NCBI GenBank assembly: GCA_964385105.1
Contig: CAYLMU010000001.1
Coordinates: forward strand, 2,252-66,251
Length of the DNA stretch: 64,000 nt
Direction of reading: 5' to 3'
Source of the DNA: an uncultured Candidatus Saccharibacteria bacterium
GTDB lineage: Bacteria; Patescibacteriota; WWE3; UBA101185; UBA10185
In this document: positions 1-10,327 of the stretch, piece after piece
Numbering within the stretch: position 1 is the stretch's first letter
Layout of the letters: each line of letters begins with the position of its first letter
Program-made: the position numbers and the translations under genes
Notes under the pieces: generated by a model
Told to the model about the DNA's origin: nothing
Database searches by the model: none
Seen by the model: only the letters and a program-made list of their open reading frames with translations

Positions 1-1
1 T

Positions 2-1267
2 AAAGAGCCTGCAGACAAAAATATCTCAACAACAAACTTTATTGGGCTTGAAGACTTTGCACCCAATTTGCACTACAGCTCACACGACGGTTACGATTTT
101 GCACTTCCGTATGGTACCGAAGTTCTGGCAGCAGCAAATGGTTATGCTACTTATGATTATTGCGGGGATTGCGGTAATACAATAAAAATAGACCACGAAA
201 ACGGATACCAAACAATATATATGCATTTACAAAATAGTGGCCTTATCACAAAATCAACAAAACCAGTACATGTTCAATCAGGGGATGTCATTGGCAAAGT
301 CGGTATGACTGGTAATACTTCTGGGCCTCATCTGCACTTTGCCGTTATTAAAGACAAAAATTCAAACTCAACATTTGTTGACGATTCTCCATCGGGAAGA
401 GTTGATCCGTTCGGTTGGCAGTCGTATATGTACAAAGATCCGTGGGAAGCTTACTCATGGACAGATGTTTTGGGCAGCCATACCGGGTCTCAAAGCAAAT
501 ATTTATGGCTTGATCCTTTAATGTATTTAAACAGCACATATAATAAATCGGCATTTATAGAATTTTCAAACAAAAAAATTACAATCGTTCCAAACAGCAC
601 TTTTGAGCATTTTACAGTCATGATGGGCGATCATGGCAAGCCAACACTTCCCGTCTCGCAAAAGCATTTAATTTACATACCAGGTACCTCTTTTTATATT
701 GAACTTTACAATCTTGCCGGAGAAAAAATAGACACACTTACTCAAAATGCAAAAATCGAAATCGACTTTTCATCTGCTGACCTCTCAAATTTAATTCAAG
801 AGTCCATTAAAATTTACAGATATAGTCCAAAAGTAATGTTATGGGAGCCTACCGGAAATTTTTTGATTGATTTGGTTGAAAAGAAGGTTTCAGGCGAAAC
901 CCAAGGATTTTCTCATTTTGCAGTATTTGCCGAAAAAACCGACTCCACACCACCGCACACAGAAATTGCAGTCACCGGCAATGTTGAAAATGGTTGGTAC
1001 ACAAGTACCCCCATTGTTAATTTAATAGCAACAGACAACATTAACGCACAAAATGAAATAGTAACCTACTACAAACTTGGCACAGACCCTAACTGGTATG
1101 AATATATTGAACCATTTACATTACCAAACGGAATCTATGGAATAGAATATAAATCTGTTGATTCTTCCGGTAACTGGGAAGCACCAAAAGACATTCTATT
1201 TAAAATAGATACATTAAATAAATGGAAATCAGAGGTTGAAATCAAAAACGCTACTTTTAGTTTTTAA
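2..1267 (+). CDS. M23 family metallopeptidase with C-terminal Ig-like domains (5' partial)
   Basis: HDGYD, YMHL and GPHLHF M23 zinc motifs; frame is open from position 2, so the start lies upstream of the window. Confidence 0.85.
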   Translation, partial: KEPADKNISTTNFIGLEDFAPNLHYSSHDGYDFALPYGTEVLAAANGYATYDYCGDCGNTIKIDHENGYQTIYMHLQNSGLITKSTKPVHVQSGDVIGKVGMTGNTSGPHLHFAVIKDKNSNSTFVDDSPSGRVDPFGWQSYMYKDPWEAYSWTDVLGSHTGSQSKYLWLDPLMYLNSTYNKSAFIEFSNKKITIVPNSTFEHFTVMMGDHGKPTLPVSQKHLIYIPGTSFYIELYNLAGEKIDTLTQNAKIEIDFSSADLSNLIQESIKIYRYSPKVMLWEPTGNFLIDLVEKKVSGETQGFSHFAVFAEKTDSTPPHTEIAVTGNVENGWYTSTPIVNLIATDNINAQNEIVTYYKLGTDPNWYEYIEPFTLPNGIYGIEYKSVDSSGNWEAPKDILFKIDTLNKWKSEVEIKNATFSF

Positions 1268-1331
1268 AAATGTTATACTATAGGGCAATTCATCTATAAA
1301 ACACGTATTATACAAAAAGGAGACACTTACT

Positions 1332-1748
1332 ATGACACGCTTTAGGCCATGGATTTGGATTATAATTATTGTTTTCATTCTCGCGGTGGGTTTAATTTTA
1401 CTATCAAATGCACAAAGAAACTCACCCACAACAGTTTTTGAGCCGTTTGCAACTCCGTTTGGCGTTTTACCGTCAATTACACCGAGTGCCCCACTCCCAT
1501 GGGAAACTCCTCGGCCTCAAACGGATATGATAGAGTACTGTGTACTGCATTCAGAACCTCAAATAGTAGGGTTACAGTTGGGTTATAGGTACCCGAATCC
1601 TAAAAATCCAAATTGGAAAACAACCTGCTGCGAACAGGGATTTGTATCTATAGTTGACGGTAAGCCGTTGACAAGACAAGCAAATATCACCAATACGGTA
1701 GACCAGGTATTGCCAGGTCTTTACGATCCGTCACTTTGTACCCAGTAA
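1332..1748 (+). CDS. hypothetical secreted/membrane-anchored protein
   Basis: SD AAGGAG, N-terminal hydrophobic helix, Pro/Thr linker, 4 Cys; followed by a hairpin. Confidence 0.7.
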   Translation: MTRFRPWIWIIIIVFILAVGLILLSNAQRNSPTTVFEPFATPFGVLPSITPSAPLPWETPRPQTDMIEYCVLHSEPQIVGLQLGYRYPNPKNPNWKTTCCEQGFVSIVDGKPLTRQANITNTVDQVLPGLYDPSLCTQ

Positions 1749-1754
1749 AAATTA

Positions 1755-1796
1755 GAGCCCCGCTTAGTTACAAAACAGGCGGGGCTCCATCTTTTT
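1755..1796. terminator. hairpin terminator between convergent genes
   Basis: GAGCCCCGC...GCGGGGCTC followed by a T-rich tract. Confidence 0.65.
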
Positions 1797-1836
1797 AACT
1801 TCAATCAAGCCCCAAACCTTAACAAATTCGCAAACT

Positions 1837-2901
1837 TTATAAAATAACCCCGCCGCCAAGTAATTCAGACCCATTATATAAAACAGCACTTTGACCCGGA
1901 GCTACTCCAAAAACCGGTTTGTGCAATTTAATTTGCAAATTTTCACCAACCAAATCAACATTTGCCTGGTGTAATTCCCCCAAATGCCTAATTCTTACAT
2001 CAAACTCTCCCGGAAAATCAGGGGAAACCCTACTCACCCAATGAACTTCACCTGCCATAATTAAATCGCTTTTTGCTTCTTCAAATGTGCCCACAACAAT
2101 TTCATTTAATTCGGCATTTTTAGACACAACATACAATGGAGTACCCACATATTTATTTATGGTGAATCCATGCCTTTGCCCAATTGTATAATATGCAGCC
2201 CCTTCATGAACTCCAATAACTTCACCCGACGTATTAAGTACATTGCCCTGCACAGGCTCAATTCGTTTTTTCAAAAACTCCTTTATATCTACCTCACCTA
2301 TAAAACATATGCCGGTACTATCCGGTTTATTGAAAGTAGGCAACTTAGCATTTTCGGCAATTTTTCTAATTTCTAATTTCTTCATACTGCCAATAGGAAA
2401 CATGGTTTTTGAAAGCTCTTCCTGGCTTAATAGATATAAAAAGTATGATTGATCCTTACTTTCATCAACACCTTTCAAAAGCTTGTATTGACCATCTTCA
2501 TTTATGATTCTTGCATAGTGGCCCGTTGCCACAAAATCAAACCCTTGCTCCAATGCCCAGCCTAAAAACATGCCAAACTTAATTTCTTTATTACACATAA
2601 TGTCCGGATTAGGTGTGCGTCCGGCTTGATATTCCTTATAAAAATAATCAATAACCTTATTATTATATTCTTGAATAAAATCCAAAGATACAAAGGGAAT
2701 ATCTAACATTGAAGCCACTTTCACCGCATCAGAACGATCTTCGTCTGCACGGCATCCGTCGGCTTTTTCGTTCCAGCACTGCATAAATACACCGGTTACG
2801 TCATAACCTTCATTTTTAAGCAATAATGCAGTAACTGACGAATCAACTCCGCCGCTCATTCCCACCGCAACTTTAATTTTATTATTGTTATTTATAGCCA
2901 T
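1837..2901 (-). CDS. mnmA: tRNA 2-thiouridine(34) synthase MnmA
   Basis: SGGVDS PP-loop, PNPDIMCN, ATGHYA, KDQSYFL, DSTGICF, PGQSAV. Confidence 0.97.
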   Translation of the reverse strand: MAINNNNKIKVAVGMSGGVDSSVTALLLKNEGYDVTGVFMQCWNEKADGCRADEDRSDAVKVASMLDIPFVSLDFIQEYNNKVIDYFYKEYQAGRTPNPDIMCNKEIKFGMFLGWALEQGFDFVATGHYARIINEDGQYKLLKGVDESKDQSYFLYLLSQEELSKTMFPIGSMKKLEIRKIAENAKLPTFNKPDSTGICFIGEVDIKEFLKKRIEPVQGNVLNTSGEVIGVHEGAAYYTIGQRHGFTINKYVGTPLYVVSKNAELNEIVVGTFEEAKSDLIMAGEVHWVSRVSPDFPGEFDVRIRHLGELHQANVDLVGENLQIKLHKPVFGVAPGQSAVLYNGSELLGGGVIL

Positions 2902-2919
2902 AGCTGTTTCGGGATTATA

Positions 2920-3465
2920 CTATACAAGTGAGGATATTGCTTTTTTGTTTGAGCTTTTATTTACCGTCTCAATATTAAGTTTGCACCCAAGCACTGCATT
3001 TTCCATAGATGTAACCATTTGACTAATAATCTCAAGTGCTTCTTCATGAGTTAAACGCCTAAAATTATGAGGAAAGTAGTGAAACACCTGATTTCTTCCC
3101 CGTCTCCAAATATTCCATAAATCTTCTGCTATTTTTCTGCCTTCTCGTGGGGTTGTTTTATTGTCGCGGCATATTTTTATAAAGACATTATCTTTTTCTT
3201 TAATAAAATTGGGGTTTAAGATTCTTCCTATTCTAATATCGTTGCTGTAATATTCATCCTCTCTTATAAGTCCCATATCCAAAAAAAACCGTTTTAAAAA
3301 ACCTTCATAGCCTTTTGAAAAAGGAAACACTAAATAAGAAAAGTCCGAGGTTTTACCTTTGTGGTGTTCTGCATGATCCAAAAGCTGTTCTCCATCCAAA
3401 AACAGACCTTTAATTTCTTCGGGAAGATAAGTCCAAAGAGCAGAGTTTTTATCAAACACTTCCAT
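2920..3465 (-). CDS. HEPN-domain protein, RnlA/RNase LS-like
   Basis: FPFSKGYEGFLK helix plus RxxxxH motif (RNQVFH). Confidence 0.65.
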   Translation of the reverse strand: MEVFDKNSALWTYLPEEIKGLFLDGEQLLDHAEHHKGKTSDFSYLVFPFSKGYEGFLKRFFLDMGLIREDEYYSNDIRIGRILNPNFIKEKDNVFIKICRDNKTTPREGRKIAEDLWNIWRRGRNQVFHYFPHNFRRLTHEEALEIISQMVTSMENAVLGCKLNIETVNKSSNKKAISSLV

Positions 3466-3509
3466 GTATTTAGTTTAACAATTAAGAATAAAATTATACA
3501 ATTTTTATA

Positions 3510-3971
3510 ATGAATTCCTTAAAGTCAGTCTGCGACCTTGTAGCCATAAACAGAAAAAAAGGATATACCACAGCATTTAACACAGGATGCTACGATATCT
3601 TAACCGTAGACCACGTAAGATTTCTTGATTTTATGAAGCAAAATGCAAATTTTGTAGTTATTGGACTTGAAAGTGATGAGTCTATAAAACTTAACAAAGG
3701 TGCAAATAGACCGGTTAATACATTTTCACACAGGGCTGAAATACTTTTACAACTAAAAAGTGTGGATGATGTTTTTGAGGTACCTTTTGTTTGCGACTTT
3801 AACGGTGCGGGTTCAAATGAGCTTTATGATAACTTGGCAGCGCAGATTTTTCCTAACTTTATTGCTACAAGCAAATTAACCGGCAGTTTTCTTACACAAA
3901 AAAATTCAAGAACACAAAAACTTGGGATAGATTTGTTAATTTATTCAGAAACGTCACTGCTTGTAAGATGA
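3510..3971 (+). CDS. cytidylyltransferase-like (RfaE domain II/TagD family) protein, degenerate HxGH
   Basis: FNTGCYDIL, VIGLESDESIKLNKGANRP, LKSVDDV. Confidence 0.8.
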   Translation: MNSLKSVCDLVAINRKKGYTTAFNTGCYDILTVDHVRFLDFMKQNANFVVIGLESDESIKLNKGANRPVNTFSHRAEILLQLKSVDDVFEVPFVCDFNGAGSNELYDNLAAQIFPNFIATSKLTGSFLTQKNSRTQKLGIDLLIYSETSLLVR

Positions 3972-3984
3972 TATACTTTTTTTT

Positions 3985-6663
3985 ATGTACCACACGTTAT
4001 CGACAAATGAGACCATTGAAAAATTAAACACAAATATTGAGTCTGGCTTGAATCAAGAAGAAGTAGCAAAAAGATTGGCTGAATACGGAGAAAACAAGCT
4101 TCCTGAACCGAAAAAAGAAACTCTGCTCCACAAAATTATCAAGCAATTTTCTGATGTTCTAGTTATTTTATTGGTTATTGCAGCAATAGTGTCATTTGCT
4201 CTTGGTGAAGAGCTGGACGCTGTAGTAATTTTGATTATTGTATTTATTAACGGATTGCTTGGTTACATTCAAGAGGCACGTGCCGAAAAAGCCATTGATG
4301 CACTAAAAAAACTTTCAACAAGTTATGCTCAGGTCTTAAGAAACGGAAACGTTGAAAAAATTTCGGTTGAACAGCTTGTACCAGGAGATATAATTTTAGT
4401 AGAAAGCGGAGATAGAATCCCGGCAGATGCACGAATTGTAGAAACAACTAAACTTGAAGTATCAGAAGCAATTCTCACAGGAGAATCACAACCGGTAAAC
4501 AAAACCGAAGATGTTCTAAGCGACCCTAATCTTTCTTTAGGCGACAGAAAAAACCTGGTCTACAAAGATACAAATGTTGTATATGGACGAGCAAAAGCTG
4601 TTGTTATTGCAACCGGTGTTGAAACTCAAATCGGCAAAATTTCAACTTTACTCCAAAAAGACACAAATGAAACAACTCCTTTAAGCCGGGAATTAAATAT
4701 TGTAGGAAAAAGATTAAGTTTTGCTGCTTTGTTAATAATTGTCGGCATCGTGTTTCTTGGATACTTTGTCAGAAACATGTCTTTAAAAGAAACCTTTTTA
4801 ACTGCTATTAGTCTTGCCGTAGCTGCAATTCCCGAAGGATTGCCTGCGGTGGTTACCGTAACACTTGCATTAGGCATTTCAAGATTGGCAAAACACAATG
4901 CGGTAATAAGAAAGCTAAAAGCGGTTGAGACGCTTGGTTCAACAAACTACATTTTAACCGACAAAACCGGAACTTTAACACAAAATAAAATGAGCGTGAC
5001 TAATATGAGCGCAAATACCCATAAATTCAGTGTTGAAGCAACCCAATCCGGGCAAAAGGTCATAAAAGATGGTAATAATGTTGTAGACATAAAAAGTGTG
5101 CCTGAACTACAGATGTTGCTCAAAAGCATGATTTTATGCAATGACGCCAAAATTACACATAAAGAAGAAAAAACATTATATATTGGCGATTCAACAGAAA
5201 CAGCGCTTCTGGAACTGGCTGTTGAGCTTGGCCTTAACCCCAATGATTTATACAAAAAGCACTGCAGAATTTTTGAAATTCCTTTTTCTTCCGAAACTAA
5301 AAGAATGATTGTAGTGGTTGAAAATCCCGAGACTAACGGCGAAAATCTGGTTTTTGCAAAAGGCGCGCCCGAAGTCATAGATACAATGATCACAGGCAAC
5401 ACGACAACAATAAAAGCTCAAAACGAAGAATATGCTAAAAATGGTTTAAGAAGTCTGGCTTTTAGCTATAAATCAATAACTGATACACAACTCGAAAAAG
5501 CCAAAAGCCTTGAAGACGCTTCGGAAATACTGGCAACCAACCACACATTTTTAGGAATCGCTGCCCAACAAGATCCTCTAAGACCCGAAGTTAAAGATGC
5601 ATTAAATATAGCAAAAAACGCCGGAGTTAACACAATTGTTTTAACAGGAGATCACAAACTCACTGCATCATGCATTGCTATGGAATTGGGTCTTATTTCA
5701 AGTCCGGGTGAGGTTATTGACGGAAGCGAACTAGGAGATATACACGGTGAAGAATTATGCGAACTCTTAAAACATAAGTCTGTGTTTGCAAGAGTATCGC
5801 CACAACAAAAATTAAATGTTGTTGAAGCAGTAAAATCTATGAACAATATAGTTGCGGTTACGGGCGATGGAGTAAATGATGCTCCGGCTATAAAAATGGC
5901 CGACATAGGCATAGCAATGGGCATAACCGGAACCGATGTATCAAAAGAAGTCTCAGACATGGTCTTGCAGGATGACAACTATGCAACAATTGTTGATGCT
6001 ATTGAACAAGGGAGAATTGTTTACGACAACCTGGTTAAATTCATTACATACCTTATTTCATGTAATATTTCGGAAATTCTTGTTGTGGCTATTAGCTTGA
6101 TTATGGGACTTCCGCTACCCTTGCTTCCAATACAAATACTTTGGCTCAATCTTGTAACCGACGGGTTTCCTGCCTTAGCACTTGGAGTTGAACCGGGCGA
6201 AACCGATATAATGCAGCGCAAGCCACGAAAACAAGGGCATTTATTAACCACACAACGCTGGATGAGAATGCTGTACCAGGCAGGTTTAATTACACTTTCC
6301 ACACTCACCATGTATCTTATAACTCTTGAACAAGCCCCACATGAAGCACAAACTGCAGCATTAACAACATTGGCTTTTTCACAATTATTTCATGTACTAA
6401 ATAATCGTTCCGAAATACACTCTATTTTTTCAGGAACCATACCTTTTAACAAACACTTATTTATAACAATTATTGGATCGATCTTAATTCAAATCGGGGT
6501 GGTATATACACCTTTAGGGAATGCATTTTTAAAAACTGCACCGCTTGATATAAACCTATTTATTTTAAGCGTAATGTTATCTACTATTCCAATAATCGGC
6601 ACGGAACTGCTTAAATTCGTAATGACTATAAAGCCAAAAACATCTGTACAAACTAGCGCTTAA
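3985..6663 (+). CDS. cation-transporting P-type ATPase (P2A, Ca2+-type)
   Basis: TGES, IPEGLP, DKTGTLT, KGAPE, TGDGVNDAPA, NLVTDG; about 10 TM. Confidence 0.95.
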   Translation: MYHTLSTNETIEKLNTNIESGLNQEEVAKRLAEYGENKLPEPKKETLLHKIIKQFSDVLVILLVIAAIVSFALGEELDAVVILIIVFINGLLGYIQEARAEKAIDALKKLSTSYAQVLRNGNVEKISVEQLVPGDIILVESGDRIPADARIVETTKLEVSEAILTGESQPVNKTEDVLSDPNLSLGDRKNLVYKDTNVVYGRAKAVVIATGVETQIGKISTLLQKDTNETTPLSRELNIVGKRLSFAALLIIVGIVFLGYFVRNMSLKETFLTAISLAVAAIPEGLPAVVTVTLALGISRLAKHNAVIRKLKAVETLGSTNYILTDKTGTLTQNKMSVTNMSANTHKFSVEATQSGQKVIKDGNNVVDIKSVPELQMLLKSMILCNDAKITHKEEKTLYIGDSTETALLELAVELGLNPNDLYKKHCRIFEIPFSSETKRMIVVVENPETNGENLVFAKGAPEVIDTMITGNTTTIKAQNEEYAKNGLRSLAFSYKSITDTQLEKAKSLEDASEILATNHTFLGIAAQQDPLRPEVKDALNIAKNAGVNTIVLTGDHKLTASCIAMELGLISSPGEVIDGSELGDIHGEELCELLKHKSVFARVSPQQKLNVVEAVKSMNNIVAVTGDGVNDAPAIKMADIGIAMGITGTDVSKEVSDMVLQDDNYATIVDAIEQGRIVYDNLVKFITYLISCNISEILVVAISLIMGLPLPLLPIQILWLNLVTDGFPALALGVEPGETDIMQRKPRKQGHLLTTQRWMRMLYQAGLITLSTLTMYLITLEQAPHEAQTAALTTLAFSQLFHVLNNRSEIHSIFSGTIPFNKHLFITIIGSILIQIGVVYTPLGNAFLKTAPLDINLFILSVMLSTIPIIGTELLKFVMTIKPKTSVQTSA

Positions 6664-6672
6664 ATCTTAAAT

Positions 6673-7215
6673 TTATAAATCAGTAAAATAAGCTGATCTG
6701 TAAAAAGTATTTTTTACCTCAACAACAGGTGCAATTACAACTTCATAAATATAAGTACCGTCAGAAACTACTTCACGTGTTGCACCGGGAATATCGCCTA
6801 AATTAGCAATTTTAAATTCTCTTTGTGTGGCAGACCAACCCGGCCTGACATAAAATTTAATAAATGCATATTCGTCCCATTTGGGTGAGTATTCAACAAA
6901 AACTTCGTGCAATTCGGTAGAACCACCGCTTATAGTTCCCAGCCTCTTACCCGAATCTAATGTCTCAAGGCATTCTTCACGACTACTACATAAGTATTCA
7001 ACTAAATCCCACGTTTCGGCAGTTGATGTGACTGTCACGCTAAAACCCGGTTTATCATATACATTACCAATTGAAGCCACTCCACGTACATTTTTGCTGG
7101 ATGTTGAAAAATTGAAATTATTTAAACTTAACCAGTAGTATGCAGGAATTGCCAAAAGGATCAGGGTAATAACTATGAACAGTGGGACAGAAGAACCTCT
7201 TTGCAATTTAGGCAT
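6673..7215 (-). CDS. hypothetical membrane-anchored protein with prepilin-like N-terminus
   Basis: QRG followed by a hydrophobic helix; 180-aa ORF filling the gap. Confidence 0.7.
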   Translation of the reverse strand: MPKLQRGSSVPLFIVITLILLAIPAYYWLSLNNFNFSTSSKNVRGVASIGNVYDKPGFSVTVTSTAETWDLVEYLCSSREECLETLDSGKRLGTISGGSTELHEVFVEYSPKWDEYAFIKFYVRPGWSATQREFKIANLGDIPGATREVVSDGTYIYEVVIAPVVEVKNTFYRSAYFTDL

Positions 7216-7280
7216 ACATATATTAACTCATAATTAAATTTACAAGGCAAGAAGATAAACCGAAAATGTATAATTAAACT

Positions 7281-8402
7281 ATGACTCAAAAGCCATCACC
7301 AAAGGTTGCATTCGTCCATGAATATCTGGTTCAATATGGAGGAGCTGAAAAAACGCTTGAAGCCATGATTGAACTTTTTCCTGATGCGCCAATATTCACG
7401 GGGTTATATAATCCTGCTCAGTTATCAAATGAAATTAATAAACGTGAAATTATTTATCCTAAAAGCTCCATTCTGGCAAAATTTCCTAAATATCTTACTT
7501 TTTTAATGCCCCTTGTTTTTGAACGATTTAATTTAACAAAATACGACATAATCATTTCAGACGGAACAGCCTGGCCAAAAGGAGTTTTAACAAAACATGA
7601 CCAGCTTCACATAAGCTATATTCATACTCCTCCAAGATTTTTGTATGGCTATAGCGTAGAAAGCCAAAAACGTGACAAGTGGTATTTTAAACCTTTTGTT
7701 AAATTTATAGACTTTTTCTTAAGAATATGGGATTTTTCAGCTGCTCAACGCCCTGATTTTATTATTACCAACTCTAAAGAAACACAAGCAAGAATTAAAA
7801 AGTTTTATGCTCGGGATGCAGAAGTAATTTATCCTCCGGTTAATGTAGATGTAGAAAAAACCAACGAAACCAAGCATATAGAATTTGAAAATTACTACCT
7901 CATGATCGGAAGACTTTCAGCCTATAAAAACTTTGAACTTGTTGTAAAAGCTTTTAACAACCTTGAACACACTTTAGTTATAGCCGGAACAGGAATTGAA
8001 GAAGAATCCCTGAAAGCCATTGCAGCCAAAAATATAAAATTTACCGGCCGAGTAACCGAAAACCAAAAACAAACACTTTTTGAAAATTGTCTTGGATTAA
8101 TAAATCCGGTTAAAGATGAAGATTTTGGAATTGTTCCTGTAGAAGCAATGGCACATGGAAAACCTGTTTTAGTACACAAATCAGGCGGACATCTGGAAAC
8201 GGTTCAACCAAATGTTACCGGAATGTTTTTTGACGAGCTCACAATTGAAAGTTTTACTAATGCTTTTGAAGAATTTGACAAAAAAGTTAAAAACAAGCAC
8301 TTTGACGCCAAAACAATTAGCAAAAGCGTTCAAAAATACAGTAAGAAAAGATTTCAAACCGAATTTAAGGATTTTGTTGATACCAAATACAACAAGATGT
8401 AA
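7281..8402 (+). CDS. glycosyltransferase family 4 (GT-B)
   Basis: HEYLVQYGGAE, YIHTPPR, EDFGIVPVEAMAHG. Confidence 0.93.
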   Translation: MTQKPSPKVAFVHEYLVQYGGAEKTLEAMIELFPDAPIFTGLYNPAQLSNEINKREIIYPKSSILAKFPKYLTFLMPLVFERFNLTKYDIIISDGTAWPKGVLTKHDQLHISYIHTPPRFLYGYSVESQKRDKWYFKPFVKFIDFFLRIWDFSAAQRPDFIITNSKETQARIKKFYARDAEVIYPPVNVDVEKTNETKHIEFENYYLMIGRLSAYKNFELVVKAFNNLEHTLVIAGTGIEEESLKAIAAKNIKFTGRVTENQKQTLFENCLGLINPVKDEDFGIVPVEAMAHGKPVLVHKSGGHLETVQPNVTGMFFDELTIESFTNAFEEFDKKVKNKHFDAKTISKSVQKYSKKRFQTEFKDFVDTKYNKM

Positions 8403-8417
8403 TGGTAAAATCACCTC

Positions 8418-9257
8418 ATGCCAGAACTTCCAGAAATACAAACAATTGTTAGTGATTTAAAAAAATATGCCACAGGTGCAAATGTTAAATCAGTGATTGT
8501 ACATGAAAATTATATTGTTTATCCCGGCGAAGAATATTTTATTAACAATTTAGAAGATAGTACGGTTGTTAATGTAAAACGCATAGCAAAAAATATTGTG
8601 CTTACAACAACTACACAACACAATGTAACTATGCATCTGGCAATGACCGGCCGATTATTATTAAGGCAGCCGGATCACCCTGATGAGCCACACGAGAGAG
8701 TAAGGCTTGTGATGGAAAAAAATAATAAAGAGTTTCATTTGCGGTTTGCAGACATGAGAAAGTTTGGAAAAGTGCAACTTATTCATGAGAATTTAATGAA
8801 TAAATTTAAGCAAAAATATGGCCCTGAACCTTTAGACAAAAATTTAACGCCACAAAGCTTTTTAAACTTACTTCAATCAAAGAACACAATTGTTAAAAAT
8901 GTTTTGCTTGAACAACATATAATATCAGGTTTAGGAAATGTTTATGCTAATGATGCACTATGGATTTCACAAATTCATCCTGAAACACCAACAAAAAATT
9001 TAAACACTGAACATGCAGAAAGGCTTTTAAACGCAAGTCGTGAAATTTTAAATGAAGGAATTAAAAATCGGGGAATATCAATGAGTGATTATGTTGATTT
9101 ATTTGAAAAAAAGGGTTTTCAACAAAATTTTTTTAGAGTTTACCAACAACAAATCTGCAAACGATGCAACAGTGAAATCGAATTTAAAAAGATTAGCGGC
9201 AGAGGAACATACTTTTGCCCGAAATGCCAATCTAAAGCTACTCCATTATTTAATTAA
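8418..9257 (+). CDS. mutM: formamidopyrimidine-DNA glycosylase
   Basis: MPELPE, HLAMTG, DMRKFG, GLGNVYA, C-terminal CxxC...CxxC zinc finger. Confidence 0.96.
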   Translation: MPELPEIQTIVSDLKKYATGANVKSVIVHENYIVYPGEEYFINNLEDSTVVNVKRIAKNIVLTTTTQHNVTMHLAMTGRLLLRQPDHPDEPHERVRLVMEKNNKEFHLRFADMRKFGKVQLIHENLMNKFKQKYGPEPLDKNLTPQSFLNLLQSKNTIVKNVLLEQHIISGLGNVYANDALWISQIHPETPTKNLNTEHAERLLNASREILNEGIKNRGISMSDYVDLFEKKGFQQNFFRVYQQQICKRCNSEIEFKKISGRGTYFCPKCQSKATPLFN

Positions 9258-9258
9258 A

Positions 9259-10326
9259 ATGAAGATAAATACGCTTAAACTCAAAAACTTCAGAAATCAC
9301 AATTCTCTTGAAATTAACTTCAAGGGAAAATCCGCATTAATAAAAGGGTTTAATGGTGCAGGAAAAACCAATATTCTTGAAGCAATTCACTTGTTATCAA
9401 CAACAAAGTCACTACGAACCAAATATGACAGAGAACTAATAAATCACGACGCCGATTTTGCTCATGTTGTAGCTAATGCAGCATTGAACGGAACCGAGGC
9501 AACCATTGAAATGACAATAGTAAAAAATCCAAAATATATAAATTCTTCAAAAAAAGTAGTGAAAATTGATAAGGTAAGTAAAACACTGGCAAACTTTACC
9601 GGAACACTCAACAGTGTATTGTTCACCCCTACAGACATAGAAGTTATAACCGGCTCACCTTCAATTAGGCGTGATTACATTGATTCAATTTTTTTTCAAA
9701 TAAATAGAGAATATAAAAAAGCTTCACTTGAGTATGCAAAAGCAATTCGCCAAAGAAATAAAGTTCTTGAACTGATTGCTACCGAACATCGCGGATACAA
9801 CCAATTACCATACTGGAACGAGAAAATTTTGGATCGAGGAGAATTTATTCAAAATCAGCGTCACAAACTCATAGACTTTTTTGCCGAGCGTATGCCCCAT
9901 TATGCAAATTTGTTAGGCAACAGTGAAGATTTGTTAGAAATTAAATATTTAAAAAATGAAATTTCCGAAAAAAGACTTAATGATTATAAAGAAAAAGAAA
10001 TAATAACTAAAAGAACATTGGTGGGTCCTCATCGAGATGATTTCGAAATTTTTTTTAATGGTTTTAACATCGCCAACTTTGGCTCACGGGGTCAACAACG
10101 TACAACAATTCTGACATTAAAACTTTGTGAAATAGATTTTTTGTCTGAACATACAAAAAAGCGTCCGATTTTGCTTTTAGATGATATTTTTTCGGAACTT
10201 GACCCATTACATAGAGAAGCTGTTGAAAGCATTATGGAATTACAACAAACTATTGTCACAACAGCCTTTAATGCCGGTCAAAACTTAGAGTTTACTCTTG
10301 CGGGAAATATGCGAGAATTATACTAA
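9259..10326 (+). CDS. recF: DNA replication/repair protein RecF
   Basis: NFRNH, GFNGAGKTN, GPHRDD, SRGQQR, LLLDDIFSELD; start taken at ATG 9259. Confidence 0.95.
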   Translation: MKINTLKLKNFRNHNSLEINFKGKSALIKGFNGAGKTNILEAIHLLSTTKSLRTKYDRELINHDADFAHVVANAALNGTEATIEMTIVKNPKYINSSKKVVKIDKVSKTLANFTGTLNSVLFTPTDIEVITGSPSIRRDYIDSIFFQINREYKKASLEYAKAIRQRNKVLELIATEHRGYNQLPYWNEKILDRGEFIQNQRHKLIDFFAERMPHYANLLGNSEDLLEIKYLKNEISEKRLNDYKEKEIITKRTLVGPHRDDFEIFFNGFNIANFGSRGQQRTTILTLKLCEIDFLSEHTKKRPILLLDDIFSELDPLHREAVESIMELQQTIVTTAFNAGQNLEFTLAGNMRELY

Positions 10327-10327
10327 G

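Noticed and set aside
1277-1290. ACTATAGGG.AAT shared with 33939, reminiscent of a T7 promoter end
   Set aside because: Short match, upstream T7 bases absent; likely chance.
4247-6311. Antisense ORFs within the P-type ATPase (likewise within groEL, tkt, pepF, ABC exporter)
   Set aside because: Shadow frames of well-supported genes, with no motifs or expression signals.
9085-9258. 58-aa N-terminal extension of RecF in the ORF track
   Set aside because: Overlaps mutM; family homology starts at ATG 9259.
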